A DNA stretch of 64,000 nt from positions 30 to 64,029 of the forward strand of contig PBZW01000065.1 of NCBI GenBank assembly GCA_002730315.1, in the 5' to 3' direction. The stretch is from Fidelibacterota bacterium. GTDB lineage: Bacteria > Fidelibacterota > Marinisomatia > Marinisomatales > TCS55. The notes beneath the pieces are model-generated. The model did no database searches. It was not told the DNA's origin and saw only the letters and a list, made by a program, of their open reading frames with translations. Of this stretch, positions 20,490 to 30,012 are shown one piece after another (the stretch's first letter is position 1; the number at the start of each line of letters is the position of its first letter). Made by a program: the position numbers and the translations under genes.

Positions 20490-21890
20490 TCAGTGTTCTT
20501 TAATCAGATTGCGCAAAGATTGTGTATTTTTATCAGTATATAGATAAATAAGAGAAAGTATAAAACCCATTAATGTTGCCCCGATAACTATAAAAGCTCG
20601 TTTTGGTTTTGCTTTGTTAAGAGCAACTTTTGGTTTATCAATAACCTGCAAAGTAGGAATATTTTTAGTTTCTTCAAGCTTTGCTTGCTCATATTGTGGA
20701 ATAAGTATTTGCTGAATAGTATTTTGTAATTCAACATCACGAATCAACCGTGCATTCTGGAGGCCTAAAGTTGGCAGATCATCAAACGACACTGAAAATT
20801 CTATATTAGGATTATTATCTAATTCATCTGAAGAAACATTCGTCAGCAGGTCCTGAAGCTTTTGGTCTAGTTTTAACATTAAAATATCAAGTTGTTTTGA
20901 TTGTTCTTTTAACATCTGTTCCAACTGCAATAATGTTGGATTATCACTTGATAATATGTTATTAGCTACTGCCAATTGTGTTTCTGTCTCTATCTTTTTC
21001 GCATAGAGTACGGTGTATGTTTCAAAAATTGAATTATATGCTTGTGCACTCATTTGCATTGTGCTGGATAATTGAGTGACCAGATCAATTATTCCAGTAT
21101 TTTCTTGAAATGCCTTTAAATCCAATTCCGCTTGCTCAAGTTCTGCTTCATTTTTATTGAGTCTCTTCTCCAGGAATTCGCGATTATATCTGCCAGCTTC
21201 CATTCCCAGGTTTTGGTTGGTTTGATCTAACAAAAAGAGGACTTCATCAACCATTTGTTTAGCAATATTAGGATCTTTATCTATAATCGAAATTTCAAGA
21301 GTCCCTTCTTCGGTTACTTCTAACAGCATTTTTTCTTCAAAAACTTCCATAGCGTATTCAATATCTGGCTGGCTATACTTTTCAACTAAATTGAATCTGT
21401 TCACCATATGTTCCTTAACGCTTCGGCTTTGGAGAATTGCAATAAAGTTGTTTATATCTTCATTGATTGTTGATAAGCCAAAGTCAGATACGGGAATAGG
21501 AGAAATAGCTGAAAGAAAATTGAATTTTCCGGCACCGGAAGAAAGAATAACAGCTTTTGATTCATACCATTTTGGTAGAAGCAGTGAGACCACAAGAGAA
21601 ACAAGCGCAATAATAGAAGTATTTCTTGTTATAAATTTCCTATTTGACCAAAATAACAAAATATTATTATTTAAAATGCTTTCCTCATCAAAATTTTCAT
21701 TACGTTTTTTTTCATCATTATCCAGCACACCATATCTTTTTAGATCTGCTATACGGTTACGCAGTGTTTTTTCAGCCATTCCATTCATTTCTGCAACTCG
21801 TTTTCGCTCGTGAGGATCAGAAACGATTTCTGGATGTTCTTTCACAATGGAAAGAATCTTTTCTTCATGTGGTGATAATTTTATACTCAT
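20490..21890 (-). CDS. Polysaccharide co-polymerase (Wzz/GumC-like, no kinase domain) with N-terminal HTH-like domain
   Basis: TM1 plus PKWYESKA, a periplasmic coiled coil, and VIDKP...KAKPKR plus TM2; extra 56-aa N-terminal HTH-like segment. Confidence 0.85.
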   Translation of the reverse strand: MSIKLSPHEEKILSIVKEHPEIVSDPHERKRVAEMNGMAEKTLRNRIADLKRYGVLDNDEKKRNENFDEESILNNNILLFWSNRKFITRNTSIIALVSLVVSLLLPKWYESKAVILSSGAGKFNFLSAISPIPVSDFGLSTINEDINNFIAILQSRSVKEHMVNRFNLVEKYSQPDIEYAMEVFEEKMLLEVTEEGTLEISIIDKDPNIAKQMVDEVLFLLDQTNQNLGMEAGRYNREFLEKRLNKNEAELEQAELDLKAFQENTGIIDLVTQLSSTMQMSAQAYNSIFETYTVLYAKKIETETQLAVANNILSSDNPTLLQLEQMLKEQSKQLDILMLKLDQKLQDLLTNVSSDELDNNPNIEFSVSFDDLPTLGLQNARLIRDVELQNTIQQILIPQYEQAKLEETKNIPTLQVIDKPKVALNKAKPKRAFIVIGATLMGFILSLIYLYTDKNTQSLRNLIKEH

Positions 21891-22918
21891 TGTATAGTTG
21901 CCTGATAGGCAAGAATTAAAGTTGCTATTGATGTGAGTGCCTGAATAAAACCAGTATTTCCGAAAAAAACACTGCCATACGTTTCAGGGACCTCAATTAT
22001 ATCGCCAGGTTCAGCAATATTATTTTTCGCAAAAGAGATCATTGTATTATCCTTGCGTATCACTTTTACTCTTAAAGATGAACCAATATCCATCACGCCG
22101 CCACTTAAGGCTATATAATCTTTAACTGTATACCCTGGTCGGTAAAAATGTGAACCAGGTCGAAATACTAATCCCGTTACTAAAATTTTATTAGCATTAT
22201 CATATTCTGTGTAATCAACTTGTTCTTCATATTTTAGATCGGCAAATGGAACATAGATTTTATCGCCATCAAATAATTGAGGATTATTATTTAGATCACC
22301 ATTTAACAAAAATTCTTTTAGAAAGATTTCTTGTTCTTCTTCATTTCTAATGAGTATAACTTTTTCAGGGTGAGCATGTTTTTGAACACCGCCAGCTTCC
22401 AACACAGCTTCAAATAAGCGGCTTATGGGTGCCATTTTTACAAATTTAGGTTTATTAACTGCTCCGTATACTAATACTTTAAATTGACGGAAGCGGATGA
22501 GATTTATTGAAATCTTGACAGTTTGATAAACATCTTTAATTTCTTCGTTTATTTCTCTTTCAACTTGAGCAAGTGTTTTACCTAACACATTTATTGGACC
22601 TATTTTAGGTACGATCAATCGGCCTGATGGTCCTATGGTAACAAAATTATCAACATTCTCAACTGACCATTCTTTTGATATTACTTCTTCATATAGACCT
22701 AGAGATATATTGATTCGTAGGCGATCTCCTGGTCCAAGAATATATGTTTCTGGATCAATCGCATTCTCTAATGGTAACGGTTTTACACCATACTCACGAT
22801 AAAGCACTGGTTGCTGGCTTTCATCAACTTGAGAAGAAATATCTAATTGACTATTAGATTGGGCAAATAAAAAACCAAATCCAAAAATCAGTATTAGAAA
22901 AATTCTTTTATTATACAT
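21887..22918 (-). CDS. Polysaccharide export protein (Wza-like, SLBB repeats)
   Basis: YILGPGDRL export motif; VYGAVNKP and VTGLVFRPG SLBB repeats; GDKIYVP. Confidence 0.85.
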   Translation of the reverse strand: MYNKRIFLILIFGFGFLFAQSNSQLDISSQVDESQQPVLYREYGVKPLPLENAIDPETYILGPGDRLRINISLGLYEEVISKEWSVENVDNFVTIGPSGRLIVPKIGPINVLGKTLAQVEREINEEIKDVYQTVKISINLIRFRQFKVLVYGAVNKPKFVKMAPISRLFEAVLEAGGVQKHAHPEKVILIRNEEEQEIFLKEFLLNGDLNNNPQLFDGDKIYVPFADLKYEEQVDYTEYDNANKILVTGLVFRPGSHFYRPGYTVKDYIALSGGVMDIGSSLRVKVIRKDNTMISFAKNNIAEPGDIIEVPETYGSVFFGNTGFIQALTSIATLILAYQATIQ

Positions 22919-23983
22919 TTATTCAATAACTCCTAATCTTTCCTGCTGATAAGTATTATTTTGAATATCCAGCCACCATTGTTTATTGTCTATATACCAT
23001 TGAATTGTTTTCCTTATACCTGATGAAAATGTCTCTTTTGGTTCCCAGCCTAATTCATTTATTAATTTTGAGGAATCGATAGCGTATCTAAAATCATGTC
23101 CAGGGCGATCTTGGACAAACGTGATTAAATTTTGATATGAACCAATGTTTTCTGATGGCGAAATATCATCTAATATATCACATATCATTTTTACTATCTC
23201 TATATTCCTAATCTCATTATTGCCGCCAACATTGTATGTTTCTCCAATTTTACCTTTTTTAATAATTGTATCAATTGCATCACAATGGTCATCCACATAC
23301 AACCAATCCCTGATATTTTCTCCTTTTCCATAGACCGGTAATGGTTTATTACTCAGGCAATTTAGGATCATGAGTGGAATCAATTTTTCCGGAAATTGAA
23401 ACGGACCATAATTATTTGAGCAATTAGAAATTATAATTGGAAGTCCATAGGTGCGCTGCCAAGCCCTGACTAAATGATCAGACGCCGCTTTAGAAGCAGA
23501 GTAGGGAGAACTGGGATCATAAGATGTTTTTTCTGTAAAAAAGCCATCGTCCTCTAAACTGCCAAATACTTCATCTGTAGAAACATGATGAAATTTAAAA
23601 ATTGATTCCCCTTCTAGTGAACGATAATACCGCAATGATTCCTGGAGAAGGTTATACGTACCTACAATATTTGTATTAATAAAATCTCCAGGACCATCGA
23701 TGGACCTATCTACATGGCTTTCGGCTGCAAAGTTTACAAGAACAGTTGGTTTATGAAGGAGAAATAATTCTTTAACCAGGTCTTGATCACCAATATCACC
23801 ATGTACAAAGACATAACGATTATCATTTTCAACTTCCTGTAAATTGTTGGGATTGCCTGCATAAGTAAGCTTATCCAAATTGATCATTTTAACAGTATCG
23901 CTTTTTTTGAGTATAAAACGAATAAAGTTGGATCCAATAAATCCACTACCACCGGTAACAATATAGGTTTTACCCATCTTCAA
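22919..23983 (-). CDS. rfbB: dTDP-glucose 4,6-dehydratase
   Basis: GGSGFIGS, LDKLTYAGN, AAESHVDRSI, HVSTDEV, YSASKA and DRPGHD motifs. Confidence 0.97.
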   Translation of the reverse strand: MKMGKTYIVTGGSGFIGSNFIRFILKKSDTVKMINLDKLTYAGNPNNLQEVENDNRYVFVHGDIGDQDLVKELFLLHKPTVLVNFAAESHVDRSIDGPGDFINTNIVGTYNLLQESLRYYRSLEGESIFKFHHVSTDEVFGSLEDDGFFTEKTSYDPSSPYSASKAASDHLVRAWQRTYGLPIIISNCSNNYGPFQFPEKLIPLMILNCLSNKPLPVYGKGENIRDWLYVDDHCDAIDTIIKKGKIGETYNVGGNNEIRNIEIVKMICDILDDISPSENIGSYQNLITFVQDRPGHDFRYAIDSSKLINELGWEPKETFSSGIRKTIQWYIDNKQWWLDIQNNTYQQERLGVIE

Positions 23984-24537
23984 ACCCCAAATTCCGGAAG
24001 TAATGATTCATCCTGGTCAGCTAATTGAGGAAAAGCCATGTCCTTGTCAGTGAGAATGGGTTCATTTACAGGCCATTGAATATTTGCTGTTTTATCGCTC
24101 CATGAAATTCCATATTCATCATCAGGATAATATTTTTCTGTACATTTATATTGAAAAATAGCAGCTTCACTAAGCACACAAAAACCATGGGCAAAACCCG
24201 GAGATATATAAACAGCTAAATGATTTTTATCATTTAAATTTGTAGTGTATGATTGGCCAAAAGTAGGTGAACCTTTGCGAATATCTAGTGCCACATCAAA
24301 AACCTCACCTAAAGGACAACTGACCAGCTTCCCTTGGCCGTATTTTAATTGATAATGCAATCCCCTAAGTACACTGCGAGTTGATTTAGACTGATTTTCC
24401 TGTTTGAATTCCACATTTAATCCAACTTCACTAAAATGGTCTTGCCTAAAACTTTCAAAAAAATAACCGCGATTATCATTATAAACAGTAGGCTCAATAA
24501 TAAATAACCCTTGAAAATCAGTTTTAGTGATTTTCAT
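23980..24537 (-). CDS. rfbC: dTDP-4-dehydrorhamnose 3,5-epimerase
   Basis: DNRGYFFE, VLRGLHYQ, QGKLV and GFAHGF motifs. Confidence 0.96.
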   Translation of the reverse strand: MKITKTDFQGLFIIEPTVYNDNRGYFFESFRQDHFSEVGLNVEFKQENQSKSTRSVLRGLHYQLKYGQGKLVSCPLGEVFDVALDIRKGSPTFGQSYTTNLNDKNHLAVYISPGFAHGFCVLSEAAIFQYKCTEKYYPDDEYGISWSDKTANIQWPVNEPILTDKDMAFPQLADQDESLLPEFGV

Positions 24538-25847
24538 GCTTTTTTTCTGCCTACATTATCATAATGAAATCCTAGTGATTCTAAATCATCAATATTTAAA
24601 ATGTTTCTACAGTCTAAAATGTTCGGTGATTTAACTAAATCCTTCAATCTAGGCAGATCTAATCCCCTGAATTCATTCCATTCAGTCATAATGACAACTC
24701 CATCTGCATCACAGACAGCATCTTCCCAGGAATTATATATATCAAGGTCATTAAAGATCTTTTTCATATTTTCATTTGCAACGGGGTCGTATGCCTTAAT
24801 AATTGCACCTCTGTCTTTCAAAGCAGCAATCATATTAATGGCTGGAGATTCGCGTACATCGTCAGTTTGAGCTTTGAATGATAATCCTAGAATTGCAATG
24901 GTTTTACCATGTACATCATCATTAAAAAGATTAATTAGTTTATTTACCATCCTTACTTTTTGCGATTGATTTGCTTCAATCGCGCTTTCAACCACTTTAA
25001 CATCCGTACCTAATGCTTCAGCCATGGCTATGAGTGCTTTGGTATCTTTAGGAAAACAGGATCCGCCAAATCCTGGACCTGGATGCAAAAATTTAGGGCT
25101 GATTCTACCGTCTATCCCCATTGCTTTAGAGACAACATGTACATCAGCTCCTATTGCATCACAAATATTTGCTATTTCATTAATATAACTAATTTTTACA
25201 GATAAAAAGGCATTACTGGCATATTTAATTAGTTCTGCAGTTTCTATTGAAGTTTCAATAATGGGTGTTTCATTAATATAAAGTGGACGATATACATCTT
25301 TCATAAAATCAAAAGCTTTTTCATTGGACGCACCAATTATAACCCTATCCGGCCAAAGAAAATCCTTTACAGCTGAACCTTCTCTTAAAAACTCGGGGTT
25401 AGATACATAATCAAAATCATTTTTTGATTTATTAGTATCTTTAATTATTTTTAGAATTTCTGCACCTGTACCAATAGGGACAGTACTTTTTGTGCAAACA
25501 ACTTTATAGCCATTTAAAGAATTACCAATCGCCCGGGCGACCTCATACACTGCAGTTAAATCTGAAGTACCGTTTGCACCTTCAGGCGTACCTACTGCAA
25601 TAAAGATAATATCTGAATTTTCTATCGATCCTGCTATATCGTTTGAAAAAGAGAGTCGACCATGTTTTACATTTCTATCCACTAAATCATACAGCCCGGG
25701 TTCATAAATCGGAATTTGACCATTTATAAGTTGTTTTATTTTATCCTCATTAATATCAGCACAAACAACATTATGACCGAAATCCGATATACCAGCACCG
25801 CTGACAAGACCAACATATCCAGTTCCAATTATTGTTATTATTTTCAT
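24534..25847 (-). CDS. ugd: UDP-glucose/GDP-mannose dehydrogenase family protein
   Basis: GTGYVGL, KSTVP, NPEFLREG, GFGGSCFPKD and DDVRESP motifs. Confidence 0.93.
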   Translation of the reverse strand: MKIITIIGTGYVGLVSGAGISDFGHNVVCADINEDKIKQLINGQIPIYEPGLYDLVDRNVKHGRLSFSNDIAGSIENSDIIFIAVGTPEGANGTSDLTAVYEVARAIGNSLNGYKVVCTKSTVPIGTGAEILKIIKDTNKSKNDFDYVSNPEFLREGSAVKDFLWPDRVIIGASNEKAFDFMKDVYRPLYINETPIIETSIETAELIKYASNAFLSVKISYINEIANICDAIGADVHVVSKAMGIDGRISPKFLHPGPGFGGSCFPKDTKALIAMAEALGTDVKVVESAIEANQSQKVRMVNKLINLFNDDVHGKTIAILGLSFKAQTDDVRESPAINMIAALKDRGAIIKAYDPVANENMKKIFNDLDIYNSWEDAVCDADGVVIMTEWNEFRGLDLPRLKDLVKSPNILDCRNILNIDDLESLGFHYDNVGRKKA

Positions 25848-25907
25848 ATTAACTAATTTAATTGTAGTAAAACTACGTATTTATCCTCGTAAACGAAATA
25901 AATATTA

Positions 25908-28007
25908 TCAGGTTAAACCTATTAGTCTCCTTATATACCATTCAATAGATAAAATTAATATTAATATTATTATAGCTGTAATATTTTCAGTTAATCTTGC
26001 GCTCTTTATTAACATTTCCTGTTTATGATTCGTATATATATTATTAAGCAACTCTGCCCGGGACTCCCAAGGTATATACTTTCCATTTGTCAAAGATGAA
26101 ATTGACTGCAAAATAGTTTTATTCAAAGAAACTTGATTTAATTCTATCTGGCTTTCATCAATAATAAATGAACCGCTTTGTATTGATTGATTATTTTTAT
26201 CCTGCAATATGATTTCATAATTATATAATCCAGGTTTTCCTGCCAAAAATTTTGTCTCCCACTGTTCATTCATTGGATTAAATAATAATTCATATGTAGC
26301 AAGTGAGTTATTTTTGCTCTTCAATGAAATATAACCTGTAATGGATGATAAATCTTTTCCAATTTGACCATATGGAGAACCTACAATATGAATTTCCTCA
26401 CCTTGTTGATAAATGTCCTTATTGATTCTAAAATACAATTCATTTTCACCACTGGTGCGTAGTAACCATGAAAATAGGTTATGTAATAATGAAATACTGA
26501 TATTGTGATGGTCTGATTCTGTCATTTTATAGTAGAGCGTTGAAAAATCTGAAGATGTCCACACACCTGATCTCAATCCATCAACTTCACCTGATACTAA
26601 TAACGGTATTGTTGAATTTTCATAATATGCAAGTCCACTTATATTATCCTCAGGATCAATCATAATTTTGGGATAAAGAGGGGGAAACAAATCCGCTTCT
26701 ACATTTGCAGTGATCATTTCAGAGCTTATTTGATGAAAAATACCACTTTCACTTGACCAAATCCATTGCTTGTGTTTGCTATCATCAAACGTATCCTGTG
26801 AGGACTGAACGTGAAAGAATGGATAAAGTGACTCTATTGATTTTTTATTAGTATTTGGCCCTGCAAACATGAATAATGATGATGATTGGGAAACTATTTT
26901 TTTTGCTAAAATTTGTTTCCATCTTTTTGAAATGGGTGACAAGGGAAAGTTTTCAAATACAATTAATTCGTGTGAGTTAGACCAGAATTCATTTATGGAG
27001 GGTATAAATTTTTCACCTTGTTGAACAAAATGATCCAATTCTACTCTTGGAATTTCTTTAATAATTTTCTTCAATGGGCCTGTATTAAAATTTGGTGAGC
27101 CTGTAATTAAAGCTACTTTGTACCGATCCTTGAGGACTGTCACTAGAAAACGCTGGCTATTATTATTAATGTTTATTTCATCCGCCAAGACAGATGTTTT
27201 TATAAAATAGTCATTCTCACCCAACAATTGAGGTGTTACTTTAAATCTTGCATTAGTTAAGGATCCATCGCCATGCAATTGAACATTTTTTGATCCAATC
27301 AGCTTTTTCCCTCTGTATAACAATATATTGACCCGATCGTTGATTCTTCCATGCGAAGCTAAAGTGACGTTGACATCCATTTCTTCACCTTTAATAACAA
27401 CTGTCGGCGCTTCTATTAATTGAATGGCTACATCTACTAAAGGGATAGTATCACCGACACCAACAGTAAAAATTGGAATAGATAAGTGTTTTAATTTGCT
27501 CTGTTTTTGTTCACCTTTAGTGATTTGGCCATCTGTAATGATGATTGCTCCATTGAGTGCTGATTCAGTTTCATCAATATGATCAATCACTTTTCCTAAA
27601 TCAGTCGCTTCCCCTGAAAGCACTACAGTTGTTTCATCTGGTTTGTATATCTTATGATCAAAATAATAATTCTGTGTTTCTGAATCTTTAATTTCAGCTT
27701 CTGAAAAAAATGAATTAACACTTTCTATATATGAATCTGATGAAAGTGATTGATGATAACCCATACTCACTGAACGGTCAGCATAAATATTCCATCTTAA
27801 AGGAAATTCATAATGGTCTATCCAAGACAATTTCGGTTGCAATAACAGGAATAACAGTATAGCAAAAACACAAATTCGTATTGAAATCAAAATCAGGAGT
27901 TTATGTTCTTCCCTTATAGCCGAAATAATCCAGAACAAGGTTAATATTGCCGCTATGAGTAATGACCAAAAAAAGCCATCCGCTTGTTGTAAAAACTGTA
28001 TTGTCAT
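25908..28007 (-). CDS. Membrane-anchored vWA-domain protein with Ig-like region
   Basis: Two N-terminal TMs, MIDAS-like DRSVSM, ATDLG, IITDGQ, and a C-terminal TM ending EWYIRR. Confidence 0.65.
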   Translation of the reverse strand: MTIQFLQQADGFFWSLLIAAILTLFWIISAIREEHKLLILISIRICVFAILLFLLLQPKLSWIDHYEFPLRWNIYADRSVSMGYHQSLSSDSYIESVNSFFSEAEIKDSETQNYYFDHKIYKPDETTVVLSGEATDLGKVIDHIDETESALNGAIIITDGQITKGEQKQSKLKHLSIPIFTVGVGDTIPLVDVAIQLIEAPTVVIKGEEMDVNVTLASHGRINDRVNILLYRGKKLIGSKNVQLHGDGSLTNARFKVTPQLLGENDYFIKTSVLADEININNNSQRFLVTVLKDRYKVALITGSPNFNTGPLKKIIKEIPRVELDHFVQQGEKFIPSINEFWSNSHELIVFENFPLSPISKRWKQILAKKIVSQSSSLFMFAGPNTNKKSIESLYPFFHVQSSQDTFDDSKHKQWIWSSESGIFHQISSEMITANVEADLFPPLYPKIMIDPEDNISGLAYYENSTIPLLVSGEVDGLRSGVWTSSDFSTLYYKMTESDHHNISISLLHNLFSWLLRTSGENELYFRINKDIYQQGEEIHIVGSPYGQIGKDLSSITGYISLKSKNNSLATYELLFNPMNEQWETKFLAGKPGLYNYEIILQDKNNQSIQSGSFIIDESQIELNQVSLNKTILQSISSLTNGKYIPWESRAELLNNIYTNHKQEMLIKSARLTENITAIIILILILSIEWYIRRLIGLT

Positions 28008-28010
28008 GTA

Positions 28011-29000
28011 TTAAGCCAGTTGCAAATTGGGATCAATATCGAAATCCATGGCAGAAGAAACGCCTTTATGTAAATAAAGTTCACCTAGATATGCTACCAT
28101 AGCTGCGTTATCTGTACATAAGGATAAATCAGGATATAATACCCGAGTAGAGGATAAATGATTTTCGACAGTCTTCCTTAATATTTTGTTAGCTGCAACA
28201 CCCCCTGCAATTACACAAGTTTCAACATTTGATTTGTGAACCGCTAGAACAAGTTTACCAACTAATACATCAATAATAGCTTGCTGGTAACTGGCTGCGA
28301 TATCTTCTATAGTGCAATTATTTTTCTTTTTATTTGAATCCATATAATAAAGCAACGCAGTTTTTAAGCCACTAAAACTGAATTCTAAATTATCATCTTT
28401 AATGAAGGCACGTGGAAAGTCAACAGCGTCTGGATTTCCTGACTCGCCTAATTTTTCAATTTCTGGTCCCCCCGGATAACCTAATCCCAGAATCCGTGCT
28501 CCTTTATCAAATGCTTCGCCGGCAGCGTCATCCCTACTCGTACCCAAAAGAGTATAATTGGACATTTCTTCTATCAGCCAAAGTTGGGTATGACCACCGG
28601 AAACAAGCAAACATACAAATGGAAATTCTAAGGCTGGGTCCGCCAGAAAATTAGCAAAAATGTGTGCCTCCAGATGATTGATGCCAATAATGGGTATTTG
28701 CAGACCTTGTGTTAATCCCTTCGCAAAACAAACTCCTGCCAACAGTGTTCCTGCCAGTCCTGGTCCTCTTGTAACAGCAATACCATCTAAATCTTTTTTT
28801 TGCGTTTCAGCTACAGTTAAAGCTTCATCCACAATTGTATTTAACAATAGCTCGTGTTCACGGGATGCTAATTCAGGAACAACACCGCCGAATTTAGTGT
28901 GGATAATTTGGGAGCTTACTATCGATGAAAGAATTTTACTATTTGAACAGATAGCAGCTGCCGTTTCGTCACATGACGATTCGACACCGAGTACAATCAA
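28011..29000 (-). CDS. tsaD: tRNA N6-adenosine threonylcarbamoyltransferase
   Basis: GVESSCDET, GGVVPELASR, NHLEAH, VSGGHT, DDAAGEAFDK and TDNAAM motifs. Confidence 0.97.
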   Translation of the reverse strand: MIVLGVESSCDETAAAICSNSKILSSIVSSQIIHTKFGGVVPELASREHELLLNTIVDEALTVAETQKKDLDGIAVTRGPGLAGTLLAGVCFAKGLTQGLQIPIIGINHLEAHIFANFLADPALEFPFVCLLVSGGHTQLWLIEEMSNYTLLGTSRDDAAGEAFDKGARILGLGYPGGPEIEKLGESGNPDAVDFPRAFIKDDNLEFSFSGLKTALLYYMDSNKKKNNCTIEDIAASYQQAIIDVLVGKLVLAVHKSNVETCVIAGGVAANKILRKTVENHLSSTRVLYPDLSLCTDNAAMVAYLGELYLHKGVSSAMDFDIDPNLQLA

Positions 29001-29983
29001 TTTATTTCCTTAGTAACAACCAGTTCTAGGTTACGCGGTGACAAATCCTGCCACTGGAGAATATCTTCTGGAACACTCACTGACGGCTCGTAGTAGTTTT
29101 TACCAGAAACCCATTGTTTAGCAAAATCAATCGTTACTTGAATATCTTCAGGATTGACATCTGCTATACGGTCAACACCACCTACTACAGTCAACGCCAC
29201 TGTTGTTGGATTTACAAATAAACGCAAATTGGGTAATACATTAATTAATTTAACCGGAATTTCACTGATGATCCGTTCACTCACGGCTTCGACATTCTGT
29301 AAAATAAAGATTGCAGTTTGTGAATATTCAATCAGGGAGTGAGATTTTTTATCCACATTCAAGTTTACATTTAAATCAAAATCCTGAAGTATAAATGTAT
29401 CTTTTATCGTCGATATAGATTGCATTTCCTGGATGACTTCTCTAGGCCCCGCAGCATTGATGGAATCAGGGTGGATATTCAATTCTCCCACTAGAGTATA
29501 ACCCGGCGCAGGTTTAATGAAAACTGGAGCATTAACAGGCAATTTTTTTACCATGTATTCATCCAAACTGATATGTATAGAGTCCGGATATACAACTTCA
29601 ATGTATTCAAGTTCGAATGAAGGTGGAATAACTACTTTTTGAGGATAACGTTCGTAGTATTCATTAAGGTAGAAATCATATTCCTCAGAAATTCGCTCAA
29701 GATCTATAACAAGCTTAAAATTGGAAATAAAATTCTTAAGCAATAGTGTTTTAAAAAGAACACGCCCAGGACCTTTTAATCTAACCTGGGCGAATTCGGG
29801 AACTTCCTTCTTGTGAGCTTTCTGGGCACTCAAATTACGTGCTTCAATAGGCATATCCATGACCATGGAATATTCATTTTCACTAACTACAAATACCCAT
29901 AGCAGCAATGCCAATCCAACTGCCCCCAACCTCATACCCAACGATTGCCAGTTGAGATAATTTTGCAGTTGGTTCTTGCTCAT
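28997..29983 (-). CDS. YbbR/CdaR-like protein
   Basis: ALLLWVFV N-terminal anchor followed by YbbR-like repeats. Confidence 0.7.
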   Translation of the reverse strand: MSKNQLQNYLNWQSLGMRLGAVGLALLLWVFVVSENEYSMVMDMPIEARNLSAQKAHKKEVPEFAQVRLKGPGRVLFKTLLLKNFISNFKLVIDLERISEEYDFYLNEYYERYPQKVVIPPSFELEYIEVVYPDSIHISLDEYMVKKLPVNAPVFIKPAPGYTLVGELNIHPDSINAAGPREVIQEMQSISTIKDTFILQDFDLNVNLNVDKKSHSLIEYSQTAIFILQNVEAVSERIISEIPVKLINVLPNLRLFVNPTTVALTVVGGVDRIADVNPEDIQVTIDFAKQWVSGKNYYEPSVSVPEDILQWQDLSPRNLELVVTKEIN

Positions 29984-30012
29984 TAGATCATTTTAGTTTT
30001 GCGGATATATCC

